Shown: positions 1 to 9,822, counted from the stretch's first letter. The stretch is DNA of 32,000 bases from Candidatus Kuenenia stuttgartensis (GCF_900232105.1 NZ_LT934425.1:3090001-3122000), one strand, 5' to 3'. Made by a program: numbers and translations. Notes: generated by a model from the letters alone, not told the origin.

Positions 1-2
1 GA

Positions 3-374
3 CGTCCTGGCGTTCTTTCAAACAGGTATGCAGGCCCTGGCGCCACAGACGAAGCAAATATCCAAAAAGTACTCTCTGAATTATATAACTTTACCGAAGA
101 AAAACGTGCTGCCCGATTTGTCTGTTCCATTGCACTGGCAAGTCCGCACGAATTACTATTTGTGGTAGAAGATTACTGCGAAGGATTCATCGCAAAAGAA
201 CCAAGAGGTTCCGGGGGTTTTGGGTACGATCCTGTTTTTTTCGTACCATATTACAATCAGACACTTGCAGAGCTTTCCCAATTTTCAACATCGGTTAAGA
301 ATAAAATCAGCCATCGGGCAAAGGCATTGCAACAATTTAATGAACGCATAATCCCCCTTTTGCGCAGTAGATAA
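3..374 (+). CDS. rdgB: XTP/dITP diphosphatase (RdgB/HAM1 family), 5'-truncated by window edge
   Basis: Frame 3 is open from base 3: RPGVLSNRYAGPGATDEANIQKVLSELYNFTEEKRAARFVCSIALASPHELLFVVEDYCEGFIAKEPRGSGGFGYDPVFFVPYYNQTLAELS; typical HAM1/RdgB C-terminal motifs (SxRYAG, GFGYDPxF). The listed ORF start at 162 is internal. Confidence 0.93.
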   Translation, partial: RPGVLSNRYAGPGATDEANIQKVLSELYNFTEEKRAARFVCSIALASPHELLFVVEDYCEGFIAKEPRGSGGFGYDPVFFVPYYNQTLAELSQFSTSVKNKISHRAKALQQFNERIIPLLRSR

Positions 375-1272
375 TATAAGGGACTTGGAATTTATTATTC
401 CGTAGCAGTCAACAGTCAACGGTCGGCAATCGGCAAATTGCAGACTGTTGACTGTTGATTGAGAACAAAAACAAAGAAATTACCTATAAGGGACTAACAA
501 CCTGATTTCAACCCTGAATTCCTTTCCAATACCGGTCCACAAATGACTGGATTTGACTGATCACCCCTTCCTGCCTTACCGGTTGAAAGAGATGTGCAAA
601 TCTTCCCTGTTCCCTCAAATATTCTTCAACCGGTTTAAATTTTTGGGGGATAATCGTATGGCTTATTTCGCCATAAACAGCCTCTTTCAATGCCCAAACG
701 CCAGTATCAACCGCAAGCTTCGCAAGTTTTGCTGAATGTGACGGGTCGGTATGCCAGCCCGGAGGACATGGAGAAAGATTAATAAACAATTTTGGCCCTT
801 TATAGTGTTTTGCCTTTTCAAATTTATTTATCAAATCCACCGGATGGGCGGGAGAAATAGTTGCAAGATACGGAGGTTTATGGCTTCTCCATATCTCAAA
901 AAGATCCTTCTTATAAAATAACTCTCCCAACGGATTCATTTTCCCTGCCGGGGTAGTGCGCGTATTGGAAGCAAATGGCGTTGCTCCCGAAGATTGAAAA
1001 CCGGTGTTGCCATATGCCTCATTATCGGAACACAGGTAATAAAAATCTACATTCCTATAAAGAGCGCCGGAAGTAGATGCGAGTCCAATATCATACGCAA
1101 CACCATCTCCTGTTAATACGACTACCTTCAAATCTTCATCGGGATTTAACCTTCCCTTTTTTATCAAAATATCAAGGGCGTCCCTTATCCCTTGTGCCCC
1201 GGCAGGGGCGCATGCCATTGCCGTATAAAGCCACGAACTCCTGAACGGCGTGTAAGGATAGACAGACAAAAG

Positions 1273-2992
1273 GTATCTATTCAGCGTATTTTCACCCACT
1301 GTCGCTACGAGCTAGCAAAATCAGGCAATTCGCCACGGAATAGCATCTGTAATGCCCGGCTCAAATTTACACCTTGTTTTCGACAGGTCGAGAGATAACT
1401 CCGAATGCGGCAGAAAATTTTCGCTCCCTCCAAAGAACGAAAACAGCCAGATATCTTCTGCTGAACCTTCGTCATCCTGATATCGTTTTCTGCCAAATTG
1501 TTCGTAAAGGGAACATTTTTATTGTCCATAAACCTCAACACATCACCCTCATACGTCCTCAATCGTTCCAGAAGATTCCGTGCCTTTGTCCTTTTTACCC
1601 TCCCCCTTTTTCCCTTACGGTTCGTTTCATCAGGAGGAGGGCTTTCGGCTTCTGCGTTTTGGAGTATCTTCCTATACCTTTGCCGGTATTTTTCTGACTC
1701 ATCAGTTCCCAGCATTCCCCCGGCATCACTCGTCGCACGGTTTATCTCTTTAAGTAATGCTTTCATCTCTTTCGCCCACTCCTGCTTATTATCATCTTCC
1801 CACACACCATCCAATTCCCTCAAGTGGTGTGCATTACACAACGCATGCGTACAGTTGCTATAGGTGTAATACGACTTCAAATGGTCGTGGCAAAGAATCC
1901 CCTTAAATTCAGGTAATATCCCGATACTATTTATCGCTTCTGTTCCACGTCTTTCATGCGGGAAAAAGTACGTCCACAAACTATTGGATGCACTGTGCAA
2001 CCAATACCTGTCTCCATTCTTGTTGATACTAGTTTCATCCACATGCATCACCTCTGATTTTGCAAGTTCTTCCCTGGCTCTCACTTCGAAGGGTTCCAAT
2101 GACTCGTAGGCTTCCCTGTTAAAGTTGTAAACAGAACCTTCACTCAGCGGTATCCCAATCTGTCCTTCAAAATACTCCTGTATCCTCTTGTAGGGTATCA
2201 ATTGATACTGCGACATATAGACTGCATGCGCTTTCAAATCCGGACCATACTGCACCGCCTTTGTTACCCCTTCCGGAAATGACGCTACAATCCGGTTCCC
2301 TTTCGCATCCTCTACTACCTCTGCACGATACTCCGTTACTACACGCGAAATCTTTATATCAAACACCTGGCGTGCTTCGTAACCTACCACCTTGTATTTG
2401 CTGCGCGGATACTTCCTCCGGTCTACTTTTATTACTTCCACCTCATCAGGATTGTCTACCTTTTTGAGCGTTACTCCATCACGGCCCTTTTGCCCGCCTG
2501 CCTTCCTTTCACCCTTCGCCTTGCTTTCTTTCTTGCGATTCGGATCGCTTGAGGGAGGCTTGCTGCTGTTGCGGCTGTTCCGGTTCAGACGTCCTACCAG
2601 CAGTGTTATCAATAATGCCAACAACTCTATCATTGACCTCACCGCCGGTGACAGCCCTTTCTCTTCTGAAAGCAGCTTCTCTACTTTTTGGAGTGTTGCG
2701 TCTACGTCTATATTCTCTATCGTCAATGGATGATACCTGTATAATTAGCCTGAAATTATCTACTGCATCTATTATACCACAGGTTTTTTCACCCTTTTCT
2801 TTCGCTCTATAACACACCACAAAGGCTCGAAATTCTATAACTGAACAGACCCCACACACGTCTCTATGCACGGCATCTTGCTGCCTGGTTTTAACGCATT
2901 TACAAACATATACATACACTACCAGGTAAATTGCTTGTTTGTAACATTTCTGCTGTCAAGCAAATTCTAAATTATTTTCGCTGAATAGTTAC
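1273..2992 (-). mobile_element. IS66-family insertion sequence (single-ORF type), 1720 bp
   Basis: Terminal inverted repeats GTATCTATTCAGCG (1273..) and GTAACTATTCAGCG (reverse complement from 2992); 8-bp direct repeats gacaaaag at 1265..1272 and 2993..3000; encloses one transposase ORF. Confidence 0.93.
1305..2726 (-). CDS. IS66-family transposase (TnpC-like), 473 aa
   Basis: Motifs NSSKPPSSD near N-terminus, HVDETSI, CNAHHLREL, FTNNLAENDIRMTKVQQKISGCFRS near C-terminus, typical of IS66 TnpC. Confidence 0.93.
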   Translation of the reverse strand: MTIENIDVDATLQKVEKLLSEEKGLSPAVRSMIELLALLITLLVGRLNRNSRNSSKPPSSDPNRKKESKAKGERKAGGQKGRDGVTLKKVDNPDEVEVIKVDRRKYPRSKYKVVGYEARQVFDIKISRVVTEYRAEVVEDAKGNRIVASFPEGVTKAVQYGPDLKAHAVYMSQYQLIPYKRIQEYFEGQIGIPLSEGSVYNFNREAYESLEPFEVRAREELAKSEVMHVDETSINKNGDRYWLHSASNSLWTYFFPHERRGTEAINSIGILPEFKGILCHDHLKSYYTYSNCTHALCNAHHLRELDGVWEDDNKQEWAKEMKALLKEINRATSDAGGMLGTDESEKYRQRYRKILQNAEAESPPPDETNRKGKRGRVKRTKARNLLERLRTYEGDVLRFMDNKNVPFTNNLAENDIRMTKVQQKISGCFRSLEGAKIFCRIRSYLSTCRKQGVNLSRALQMLFRGELPDFASS

Positions 2993-3447
2993 GACAAAAG
3001 GGTAAAACATCCCGCAGCATTGACGATAACAATATTTTCCCCCAAAATCTTTAGGCAGTGCCTCAATGATAAAAGCCCGCCACAACCCGCACATGCAGGG
3101 GTACCGGGATAAATATTCTCATGCAAAGGAATATCGCGAATAGATTTAATAGTATTCATCTTTATACAAAATCACACCCTTATAAATTTGGTGAAATCCG
3201 AAACCCAAAACAAATTCTAACGACAAAATGATTTGAAATACTAAAGCTCCGGCTTGATAACTAGAATATTAATGTTTAAAACCCGGTTTTTTTCACCTGT
3301 CTGCGTGCAATGTAAAGGCAGGTTGGGATTTTGTATTTTGAAATTTGTTTCGTATTTCGCACTTCGAATTTCGTATTTTTTATTTCGTGCTTGTTTGGCT
3401 CTGGCTATGCCATGTTAGGAATTTCAAAAATGTGGTTTTTCCCTATG

Positions 3448-4683
3448 TTAACCATTTCTACCGGCGATTTTTTTCAAATTTTCCATTCCGTTCCATTCTT
3501 CTTTTGTATAAAGAAGGTATGGATCTGAAGTCGCGCCTGTTTTGTTTGCCTTTTGCAAATGTGCAAAAATCACTTCAAATTCTTCCGGACTTACGTTTTT
3601 GCCGCCAAGGCCGCCAATAAAAGAAAGTAATACAGGCCTTTCCCTTTCGTTATACATACAACCGGCAATTTCTGAAAACAAAATACCGCCTTTTCCAACG
3701 CTTATATTCTGATCAAACACTGCAACGGCCTTCTTCCCTCTAAGTGCCGCCTGAATGTCAGTTCCAGGGAACGGTCTTATCATCCTTATTCTCAGAAGGC
3801 CGATGCGAATGCCCTTTGCCCTTGCTTTTTTAACTGCTGCCTTTCCAATGGTGGAAAAGGAATTTGTCATGATTAATACATATTCTGCATTCTCCATCAT
3901 AAATTCCTCTACAACACCATGGCGCCTTCCGAACACATCTTCAAATTCCCCGGCAATTTCTTTATAAACATTGAGACTATTTCTGCTGGCAAGATGCATT
4001 TGGTATTTGAAATACGTATATGCAAACCCGCCCAGCACAGCTACGCCTTGTGACGATGGCTGGCTTGCCTTGAAAAATGCATGCCTGGAGGTATACGCAG
4101 GTAGAAAACTTCTTACTTCTTTGATATCGGGTATTTCAACCGGTTCTCTCGTAAAAGAAAGATGGAAACCATCAAAATTGACAAGCACCGGCAAGAGGAC
4201 TCGCTCATCTTCCGCCAATTTATACGCAATCAAAATCGAATCTAAAATTTCCTGGCACGACTCGCAGTGAATCTGTAAAAAACCTGTATCACGTGCGGAG
4301 AGAATATCGTTGTGGTCCGGTTCAAGTGTTATCGGCGCAGATAAGCCCCTGGAGACATTTACCATAACAAAAGGGGCGCGCCATCCTACCACGGTGTAAA
4401 GCATTTCGTAGCCGTACAGAAGGCCCTGGCTTGACGTTGCGGTAAAAACCCTTACCCCCGTTACATTCGCTGCGCCAGCGGCGGTAATCATTGAATGTTC
4501 CGATTCCAGGGAGACAAACATGGCGTCCATTTCTCCATTATTTATCCAATACACCAGTTTTTCGATTATCTCCGTTTGTGGAGTGATCGGATATGTTGGA
4601 ACATAGTCAACTTCCGCCAGTCGCGCACCCCATGCCGCGGCAGCATTGCCCGTTAGCATTTCCCTTTTATTGTCAATAGACAT
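3448..4683 (-). CDS. porA: pyruvate:ferredoxin oxidoreductase alpha subunit
   Basis: 411 aa; YVPTYPITPQTEIIEKL, ESEHSMITAAGAANVTGVRVFTATSSQGLLYGYEMLY, FDQNISVGKGGILFSEI; typical PorA domains I/II. Confidence 0.92.
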   Translation of the reverse strand: MSIDNKREMLTGNAAAAWGARLAEVDYVPTYPITPQTEIIEKLVYWINNGEMDAMFVSLESEHSMITAAGAANVTGVRVFTATSSQGLLYGYEMLYTVVGWRAPFVMVNVSRGLSAPITLEPDHNDILSARDTGFLQIHCESCQEILDSILIAYKLAEDERVLLPVLVNFDGFHLSFTREPVEIPDIKEVRSFLPAYTSRHAFFKASQPSSQGVAVLGGFAYTYFKYQMHLASRNSLNVYKEIAGEFEDVFGRRHGVVEEFMMENAEYVLIMTNSFSTIGKAAVKKARAKGIRIGLLRIRMIRPFPGTDIQAALRGKKAVAVFDQNISVGKGGILFSEIAGCMYNERERPVLLSFIGGLGGKNVSPEEFEVIFAHLQKANKTGATSDPYLLYTKEEWNGMENLKKIAGRNG

Positions 4684-4788
4684 ATCTCTCTTTATTACAG
4701 TATTCCTCTGTAAAAACCTCGTTTTTGTAAGTTTTTCTTCGTGGTTAAAGTCTTTTTGGTTGAGGTTTTACGGAATGGGGTAAAATCT

Positions 4789-5280
4789 TTATCCCACCAA
4801 CTTAAACTTATTCCTGGGAGCACCGCATATCTCACATGTATCAGGAGCTGCTTTTTCAACAGTATTGCCGCAGACCTGACACACATAATAGTCCACAATT
4901 TCATTATCCCCCAGATTATTTAATGCTCTTTTGTAAAGATTTGCATGAATACTTTCCACTTTATTTGCGAAGGCAAAACTCTGCTCCGCTTTTTTATGGC
5001 CCTCTTTTTTTGCATTTTCGATCATTCCAGGATACATTTTGGTAAATTCATACGTTTCGCCGTTTATTGCTTCCTGGATATTTTCTTTCGTACTGCGGAC
5101 TCCGTCTAAAGCACGAAGGTGACTGTGGGCGTGTACGGTTTCGGCTTCGGCAGCAGCACGAAAAAGCTTTGCAACCTGAGCATATCCTTCCTCTTCAGCC
5201 TTTTTTGCAAAAGCAAGATACTTTCTGTTCGCTTGCGATTCTCCTGCAAACGCCTCTTTTAAATCATCGGTAGTCGCCAT
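4789..5280 (-). CDS. rbr: rubrerythrin
   Basis: MATTDDLKEAFAGESQANRKYLAFAKKAEEEG...ESIHANLYKRAL...YYVCQVCGNTVEKAAPDTCEICGAPRNKFKLVG: ferritin-like diiron domain plus C-terminal rubredoxin-like CxxC pairs. Start set to ATG 5278-5280 with aggagg just upstream; the listed start at 5463 adds 61 unsupported residues. Confidence 0.95.
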   Translation of the reverse strand: MATTDDLKEAFAGESQANRKYLAFAKKAEEEGYAQVAKLFRAAAEAETVHAHSHLRALDGVRSTKENIQEAINGETYEFTKMYPGMIENAKKEGHKKAEQSFAFANKVESIHANLYKRALNNLGDNEIVDYYVCQVCGNTVEKAAPDTCEICGAPRNKFKLVG

Positions 5281-5542
5281 AATGAATCCTCCTTTAAAAA
5301 TGATATTTATTTTATTACAGAAAAACACAATTTCATATGGCAATATATTAGCAAAATACCTCGTGTTTTTCCAACTTTTGAATAAATAACTATTTTGGGA
5401 AGAAATCGGCAGTCCATAGTAGGCAATCGGCAATCGGCAGATTGCACATTGCACATTGCACATTGTGGACTGTGGACTGTGGGGGGAGAAATTGAGAAAA
5501 ACAGGGTGTTCATTCCTACGCTTACGAATCAGACGCAGAGTA

Positions 5543-6316
5543 TCACTTCCTGATTAGTGGAACAAACCGGACCGGAATGATAGATTTTTTTACAACATTC
5601 GATGAAGCATCTTTTGTAATCAATATTAATTCCTGTATTTCATACACGCCGCCTACCGGAATTACCATACGTCCTGATGGTTTAAGTTGATCAATAAGTG
5701 GTTGTGGAATTTTTTCTGTTGCGGCAGTTACTATTATGGCGTCAAAGGGAGCATGTTCCGGCCAACCGTTATAACCGTCGCCTATCCTGACTTCTACATT
5801 ATCAAATCCCATGGTTTGTAACTGTTCTTTTGCCCGGAGGCCTAATTCTTCCACTATTTCTATTGTATATACCTGCTTTACCATTTTGGCAAGAATGGCA
5901 GCCTGATATCCAGAGCCGGAGCCAATTTCCAGGACAACCGCATCTTCATCCGGCTGCAATAGTTCTGTCATAAATGCCACAATGTATGGTTGGGATATTG
6001 TCTGTCCATAACCTATCGGCAAAGGATTATCAAAATAACTATAATGACGGTTTTCTTCCGGAATAAACAAGTGCCTGGGGACGGATTCCATGGCATCCAA
6101 TACCCTTTTGTCAGCCACACCCCTGTTCGCAATCTGCCTTTCTACCATCTGTTTGCGCTGTAAGGTAAAAGCATCTTCATTTAATATAGTATTTTTACCG
6201 CCCATCGCTGAAACAGCACCTTTACTAACAATGAAAAAAGAAATGAAAGCTATCACAATTATGAAGCTGGGAGAAATTGAAGCCGTTAGTTTTGTCTCTC
6301 TATAAATTGTATCCAT
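5543..6316 (-). CDS. pcm: protein-L-isoaspartate O-methyltransferase with N-terminal membrane/signal segment
   Basis: RQMVERQIANRGVADKRVLDAMESVPRHLFIPEE...GYGQTISQPYIVAFMTELL...VVLEIGSGSGYQAAILA; hydrophobic N-terminus FIIVIAFISFFIVS. Confidence 0.92.
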   Translation of the reverse strand: MDTIYRETKLTASISPSFIIVIAFISFFIVSKGAVSAMGGKNTILNEDAFTLQRKQMVERQIANRGVADKRVLDAMESVPRHLFIPEENRHYSYFDNPLPIGYGQTISQPYIVAFMTELLQPDEDAVVLEIGSGSGYQAAILAKMVKQVYTIEIVEELGLRAKEQLQTMGFDNVEVRIGDGYNGWPEHAPFDAIIVTAATEKIPQPLIDQLKPSGRMVIPVGGVYEIQELILITKDASSNVVKKSIIPVRFVPLIRK

Positions 6317-6444
6317 ACTAATAAAACAATATTATCTTGTACCAAATAACACAAGCTTTTTTTACTGTTTTTATTTTTCGCAAAATGCTTATATCCGTAA
6401 CATTTTATCTTTTTGAAAAATTCACGGGATAGAAAAAATACCAT

Positions 6445-6524
6445 GTAGCCCCGTTAGGGGCGGTCTGTTTGTAGCACAATAAAATTCAATAGAGTAAATA
6501 GCTCCGTAGGAGCGGCCTGTCCGT
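6445..6524. repeat. Two tandem copies of a small hairpin repeat (tagcYccgtWgggcg/gagcggYctgt type)
   Basis: tgtagccccgttaggggcggtctgtttgtagca (6445..) and atagctccgtaggagcggcctgtccgt (~6499..6524); each has a short self-complementary core (gccccgttaggggc, gctccgtaggagc). Confidence 0.6.
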
Positions 6525-6567
6525 ATTCTTAATTTATCCTGATTGTCAAACAATACTACAGTATAAT

Positions 6568-7392
6568 TCAGGGAAATAACAACCGGAGACATTGTATAAA
6601 ATCATGGGAAATGGGCGCAGTGACAGAAATTTCCTTTTTTGTATAGGGGTGAACGAAGGATATCCTATGCGCATGAAGCATTTGCCTTTTCGCCTCTCTG
6701 TGTAGTATATTCTCAATTTCTTTCCGTGCGTATTCTGTTTCTCCTATTACCGGGTGGCCAATGGATGCAAGGTGAATTCTGATTTGATGCCTTCTGCCCG
6801 TTTCTGTGGCTACCTCAAGGTAAGATGTGTTTTTCCCTTTCTTTAATAATGTAATGTGTGTTACGGCTGTTTGTCCGCCAACAGGACTATTGATAGTGAA
6901 GGCAGGTTCACAAATCTTTCCCGTTACAATTACACGATAAATCTTTTGAATGTCGTGTTTTTTAAACACCTTTTTCATCTCTTCAAAAGCGTTTTCGTTT
7001 TTAGCAAAAATCAATGCGCCGGAGGTATCTTTATCTAACCGGTGAACAGCCTGTATCCGGTCACGGTTAAACTGCGTCCGCAAATCACGCTCGATACTAT
7101 TCTGCCCATTTGTTACGATGCCAGGAGGTTTTGAAACAATTACATAACAATCATCGTTAAAAAGAATATCGTATGTCTTCTTTTCCGGTTGGCGCGTCTT
7201 ACCGGAAAGAACCTCAATGCTATCACCTGGTTTTAATTGATAGGAAGCAATCCACACCCTTTTTCTATTGACAAACACTAGGCGGTCATCCAGAAGCTGT
7301 TTTGCTTTTTTATTAGACAAGGAAAGTTTATTTGCAATAAAATGAAGCAGCGTAAGCTCACTATCCCGATGCGTGACAATAAATTTATGCAT
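6568..7392 (-). CDS. RluA-family pseudouridine synthase with N-terminal S4-like domain
   Basis: 274 aa; IVSKPPGIVTNGQ, VHRLDKDTSGALIFAKNENAFEEM, TEVATGRRHQIRIHLASIGHPVIGE. Confidence 0.92.
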   Translation of the reverse strand: MHKFIVTHRDSELTLLHFIANKLSLSNKKAKQLLDDRLVFVNRKRVWIASYQLKPGDSIEVLSGKTRQPEKKTYDILFNDDCYVIVSKPPGIVTNGQNSIERDLRTQFNRDRIQAVHRLDKDTSGALIFAKNENAFEEMKKVFKKHDIQKIYRVIVTGKICEPAFTINSPVGGQTAVTHITLLKKGKNTSYLEVATETGRRHQIRIHLASIGHPVIGETEYARKEIENILHREAKRQMLHAHRISFVHPYTKKEISVTAPISHDFIQCLRLLFP

Positions 7393-7597
7393 TTTTGCCT
7401 TCCGTTCAGGAGTAAATGGAAATCATAGGTGAACTACCGATTTCACAAATTAAAAAATCCTTCACAAGCTTACAATTAACCAATGACCAAATATATTACT
7501 ACACTGTTATCCGGTAAAAAATCTTTTTTTGGCAACACTTTAGTTTTTTTGAAAAATAAAAATGTCAGGGAATTTCATCATGTATGGCAGGCACTGT

Positions 7598-7729
7598 CTA
7601 CCGGAAATTGGGCGTCGATTGGGTAGTCTCTTGAAGAAGCTTCCCCTGCACAATTTTTCTTTGCTTTTTTGGTACCCACACAATATGATATTTGCATTCC
7701 CATACCGTACGTACTAAACTCTTTTTCAT
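7598..7729 (-). pseudogene. IS200/IS605-family TnpA (Y1 HUH transposase) N-terminal fragment
   Basis: Translation MKKSLVRTVWECKYHIVWVPKKQRKIVQGKLLQETTQSTPNFR*; VWECKYHIVWVPK is the TnpA start, but no HUH or tyrosine region follows. Not in the supplied ORF track. Confidence 0.8.
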
Positions 7730-7830
7730 CTTTAACTCCTTTCTCCAGGATTGGCTACTTTAGCAACCTTAAGCCATACATGATACAAAGAAGTTTTGTT
7801 TTTATTAACAAGTTGGTTTTTTGAAAAGGT

Positions 7831-7903
7831 AGATGCGAAGCATTTGCCCGTTTGGGTATGAACGCATTTATAAAAATTTATAGCAAATGATTCGCCTCTA
7901 CTC
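7831..7903 (+). repeat. Dispersed imperfect-palindrome repeat, family R1 copy A
   Basis: gtagatgcgaagcatttgcccgtttgggtatgaacgcatttataaaaatttatagcaaatgattcgcctctac; terminal inverted repeats; also at 9891..9960 and inverted at 18552..18625. Confidence 0.85.
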
Positions 7904-8091
7904 CATTTTTGGCAAAATATTTAATTGTGAAATCCGAAAATGCTAAATAAGAATCTACCCTCTGCACCTCCCAGCGGGGGATATTTTCCCTCTTTGGAAT
8001 TTGTTTCGTATTTCGCATGTAGCACTTCGAATTTCGTATTTTTATTTCCTGTTTGTTTGGTTCTGGCTATGCCATTTTAGTTTGTTACGCT

Positions 8092-9822
8092 ATGAATAAG
8101 ACTGAAATAATAAATAAACACCCTGAAGCATTTAATCTCATTTGTTATGAAGACCAGCATAAGAATTTCTCATGGGAGACGGTAAAGAAAGAACTAGGTG
8201 TCGGCGGTAACAAGGTAAATATTGCTTACGAGGCCATAGATAAACACGCCACAACATGGAGAAAAAACAAAGTTGCGCTGTATTGGGAAGGTTCTGATGG
8301 CACACACTTAAAGTATACCTTTCAGGAATTGAAAATCCTTTCCGATAAATGTGCCAATATGTTGCAATCATTAGGTGTAGGCAAAGGAGACCGCGTTTTT
8401 TTATTCTTGCCGCGTTTGCCGGAGCTTTTTATAAATATGATTGCAATTGCAAAACTCGGCGCCATTTCAGGCCCGATGTTTTCCGCATTTGGGCCTGATG
8501 CGGTGCGGGACAGGTTGCAGAACAGTGAGGCGAAAGTCCTTATCACTACACCTGAATTAAAAGAGCGTGTTGATGCCGTGCTATGGGAATTGCCTAAATT
8601 GGAACGGATTGTACTGGTGAGTGTTAAGGAAGATTATGAATTAGAAGAGGGAAATGTATGTTATAAAACATTGATGAAAGACGCACCTGAACGGTTTGAA
8701 ATGGAATGGATGGATATGGAAGATCCTTTGTATCTCTTATATACTTCCGGAACTACCGGAAAGCCGAAGGGCATAACACATGTGCATAACGACATGATTT
8801 CATACTATATTACCACAAAATGGTCGCTGGATCTTAGAGATGACGACATTTATTGGTGTACGGCAGACCCCGGGTGGGTGACGGGAACGGTATATGGCAT
8901 GTGGGGGCCATGGTTAAACGGCGTCTCAATGTATATATATGATGGCAGATTTGATGTAAATAAGTGGTATGAAGCCATACAATCATATAAGATTACGGTA
9001 TGGTATACCGCTCCCACCGCTTTACGCATGTTAATGAAATCCGGCGATTACCTTGTTGCTCAATATGATTTGGAAAGTTTGAGGTATATTTGCAGCGTGG
9101 GAGAACCCCTTAACCCTGAAGTCATCAAGTGGGGCATGAATGTATACAATCTTCCAATCCATGATACATGGTGGCAGACAGAGACAGGTTCCATCATGAT
9201 AGCTAATTATCCGTGCATACCGATAAAACCCGGTTCTATGGGAAAGCCGTTTCCTGGCATCAAGGCTGCAATTATTGATAGTGAGGGAAATGAACTCCCG
9301 GATGGACATCACGGTATTCTGGCATTAAAACCAGGCTGGCCCTCTATGTTGAGAAAAGTATGGGGAGACGAAGGCCGTTTTAATGAATATTTCAATATAA
9401 CGGGTTGGTATACCACCGGGGATACCGCATATAAAGACGAAGAAGGTTATTTCTGGTTTGTTGGAAGAGCCGATGACGTTATTAACACGTCAGGCCATAG
9501 GGTAGGGCCTTTTGAAGTGGAAAGTGCCCTGCTTGAACATCGGGCGGTTGCTGAAGCAGGGGTCATAGGCAAACCTGACCCTGAAAGGGGTGAGATCATC
9601 AAGGCATTTATCGCCCTTAAAGAGGGATTTAAACCTTCCAGTGAATTGGGGGAGGAGATTAAAAAATTCATAAAACATCATCTCGCGGCACACGCTTATC
9701 CCCGCGAAATAGAATTTTGTGAAAATCTGCCAAAAACCCGAAGCGGCAAAATTATGCGCAGACTTTTAAAGGCGAAAGACCTAGGACTGCCTACCGGAGA
9801 TATTTCTACACTTGAAGATTAA
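8092..9822 (+). CDS. acsA: acetyl-CoA synthetase / AMP-forming acyl-CoA ligase
   Basis: LLYTSGTTGKPKGITHVHN, WWQTETGSIMIANYP, GWYTTGDTAYKDEEGYFWFVGRADDVINTSGHRVGPFEVES, KTRSGKIMRRLLKAKD. Start probably ATG 8092; the 13 codons from 8053 lie in a repeat. Confidence 0.93.
   Translation: MNKTEIINKHPEAFNLICYEDQHKNFSWETVKKELGVGGNKVNIAYEAIDKHATTWRKNKVALYWEGSDGTHLKYTFQELKILSDKCANMLQSLGVGKGDRVFLFLPRLPELFINMIAIAKLGAISGPMFSAFGPDAVRDRLQNSEAKVLITTPELKERVDAVLWELPKLERIVLVSVKEDYELEEGNVCYKTLMKDAPERFEMEWMDMEDPLYLLYTSGTTGKPKGITHVHNDMISYYITTKWSLDLRDDDIYWCTADPGWVTGTVYGMWGPWLNGVSMYIYDGRFDVNKWYEAIQSYKITVWYTAPTALRMLMKSGDYLVAQYDLESLRYICSVGEPLNPEVIKWGMNVYNLPIHDTWWQTETGSIMIANYPCIPIKPGSMGKPFPGIKAAIIDSEGNELPDGHHGILALKPGWPSMLRKVWGDEGRFNEYFNITGWYTTGDTAYKDEEGYFWFVGRADDVINTSGHRVGPFEVESALLEHRAVAEAGVIGKPDPERGEIIKAFIALKEGFKPSSELGEEIKKFIKHHLAAHAYPREIEFCENLPKTRSGKIMRRLLKAKDLGLPTGDISTLED

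Larger units (their letters stand above)
508..3159 (-). pseudogene. porB: pyruvate:ferredoxin oxidoreductase beta subunit (TPP-binding), interrupted by an IS66-family element at 1273..2992
   Basis: C-terminal part 508..~1272 (AMACAPAGAQGIRDALD...VVVLTGDGVAYDIG...NTGFQSSGATPF). N-terminal part ~2993..3159 (MNTIKSIRDIPLHENIYPGTPACAGCGGLLSLRHCLKILGENIVIVNAAGCFTLLS). Removing 1273..2992 plus one TSD copy joins them in frame as ...AAGCFTLLSVYPYTPFRSSW... Confidence 0.93.

Noticed and set aside
1374-2812. Several plus-strand ORFs (107, 121, 113 aa and others) opposite the IS66 transposase
   Set aside because: Antisense shadow ORFs of a well-supported transposase.
2509-2919. 136-aa minus-strand ORF across the IS66 5' end
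   Set aside because: Low-complexity translation of the out-of-frame transposase start (QPQQQQ, RSESQERKQGEG); no recognisable domain.
4695-4904. Minus-strand 69-aa ORF next to porA, possible PorG/PorD piece
   Set aside because: It overlaps the rubrerythrin gene out of frame and has no ferredoxin-like Cys clusters or PorG motifs.
5281-5463. N-terminal extension of rubrerythrin in the ORF track
   Set aside because: Reads through repetitive non-coding sequence; a good RBS and the conserved start are at 5280.
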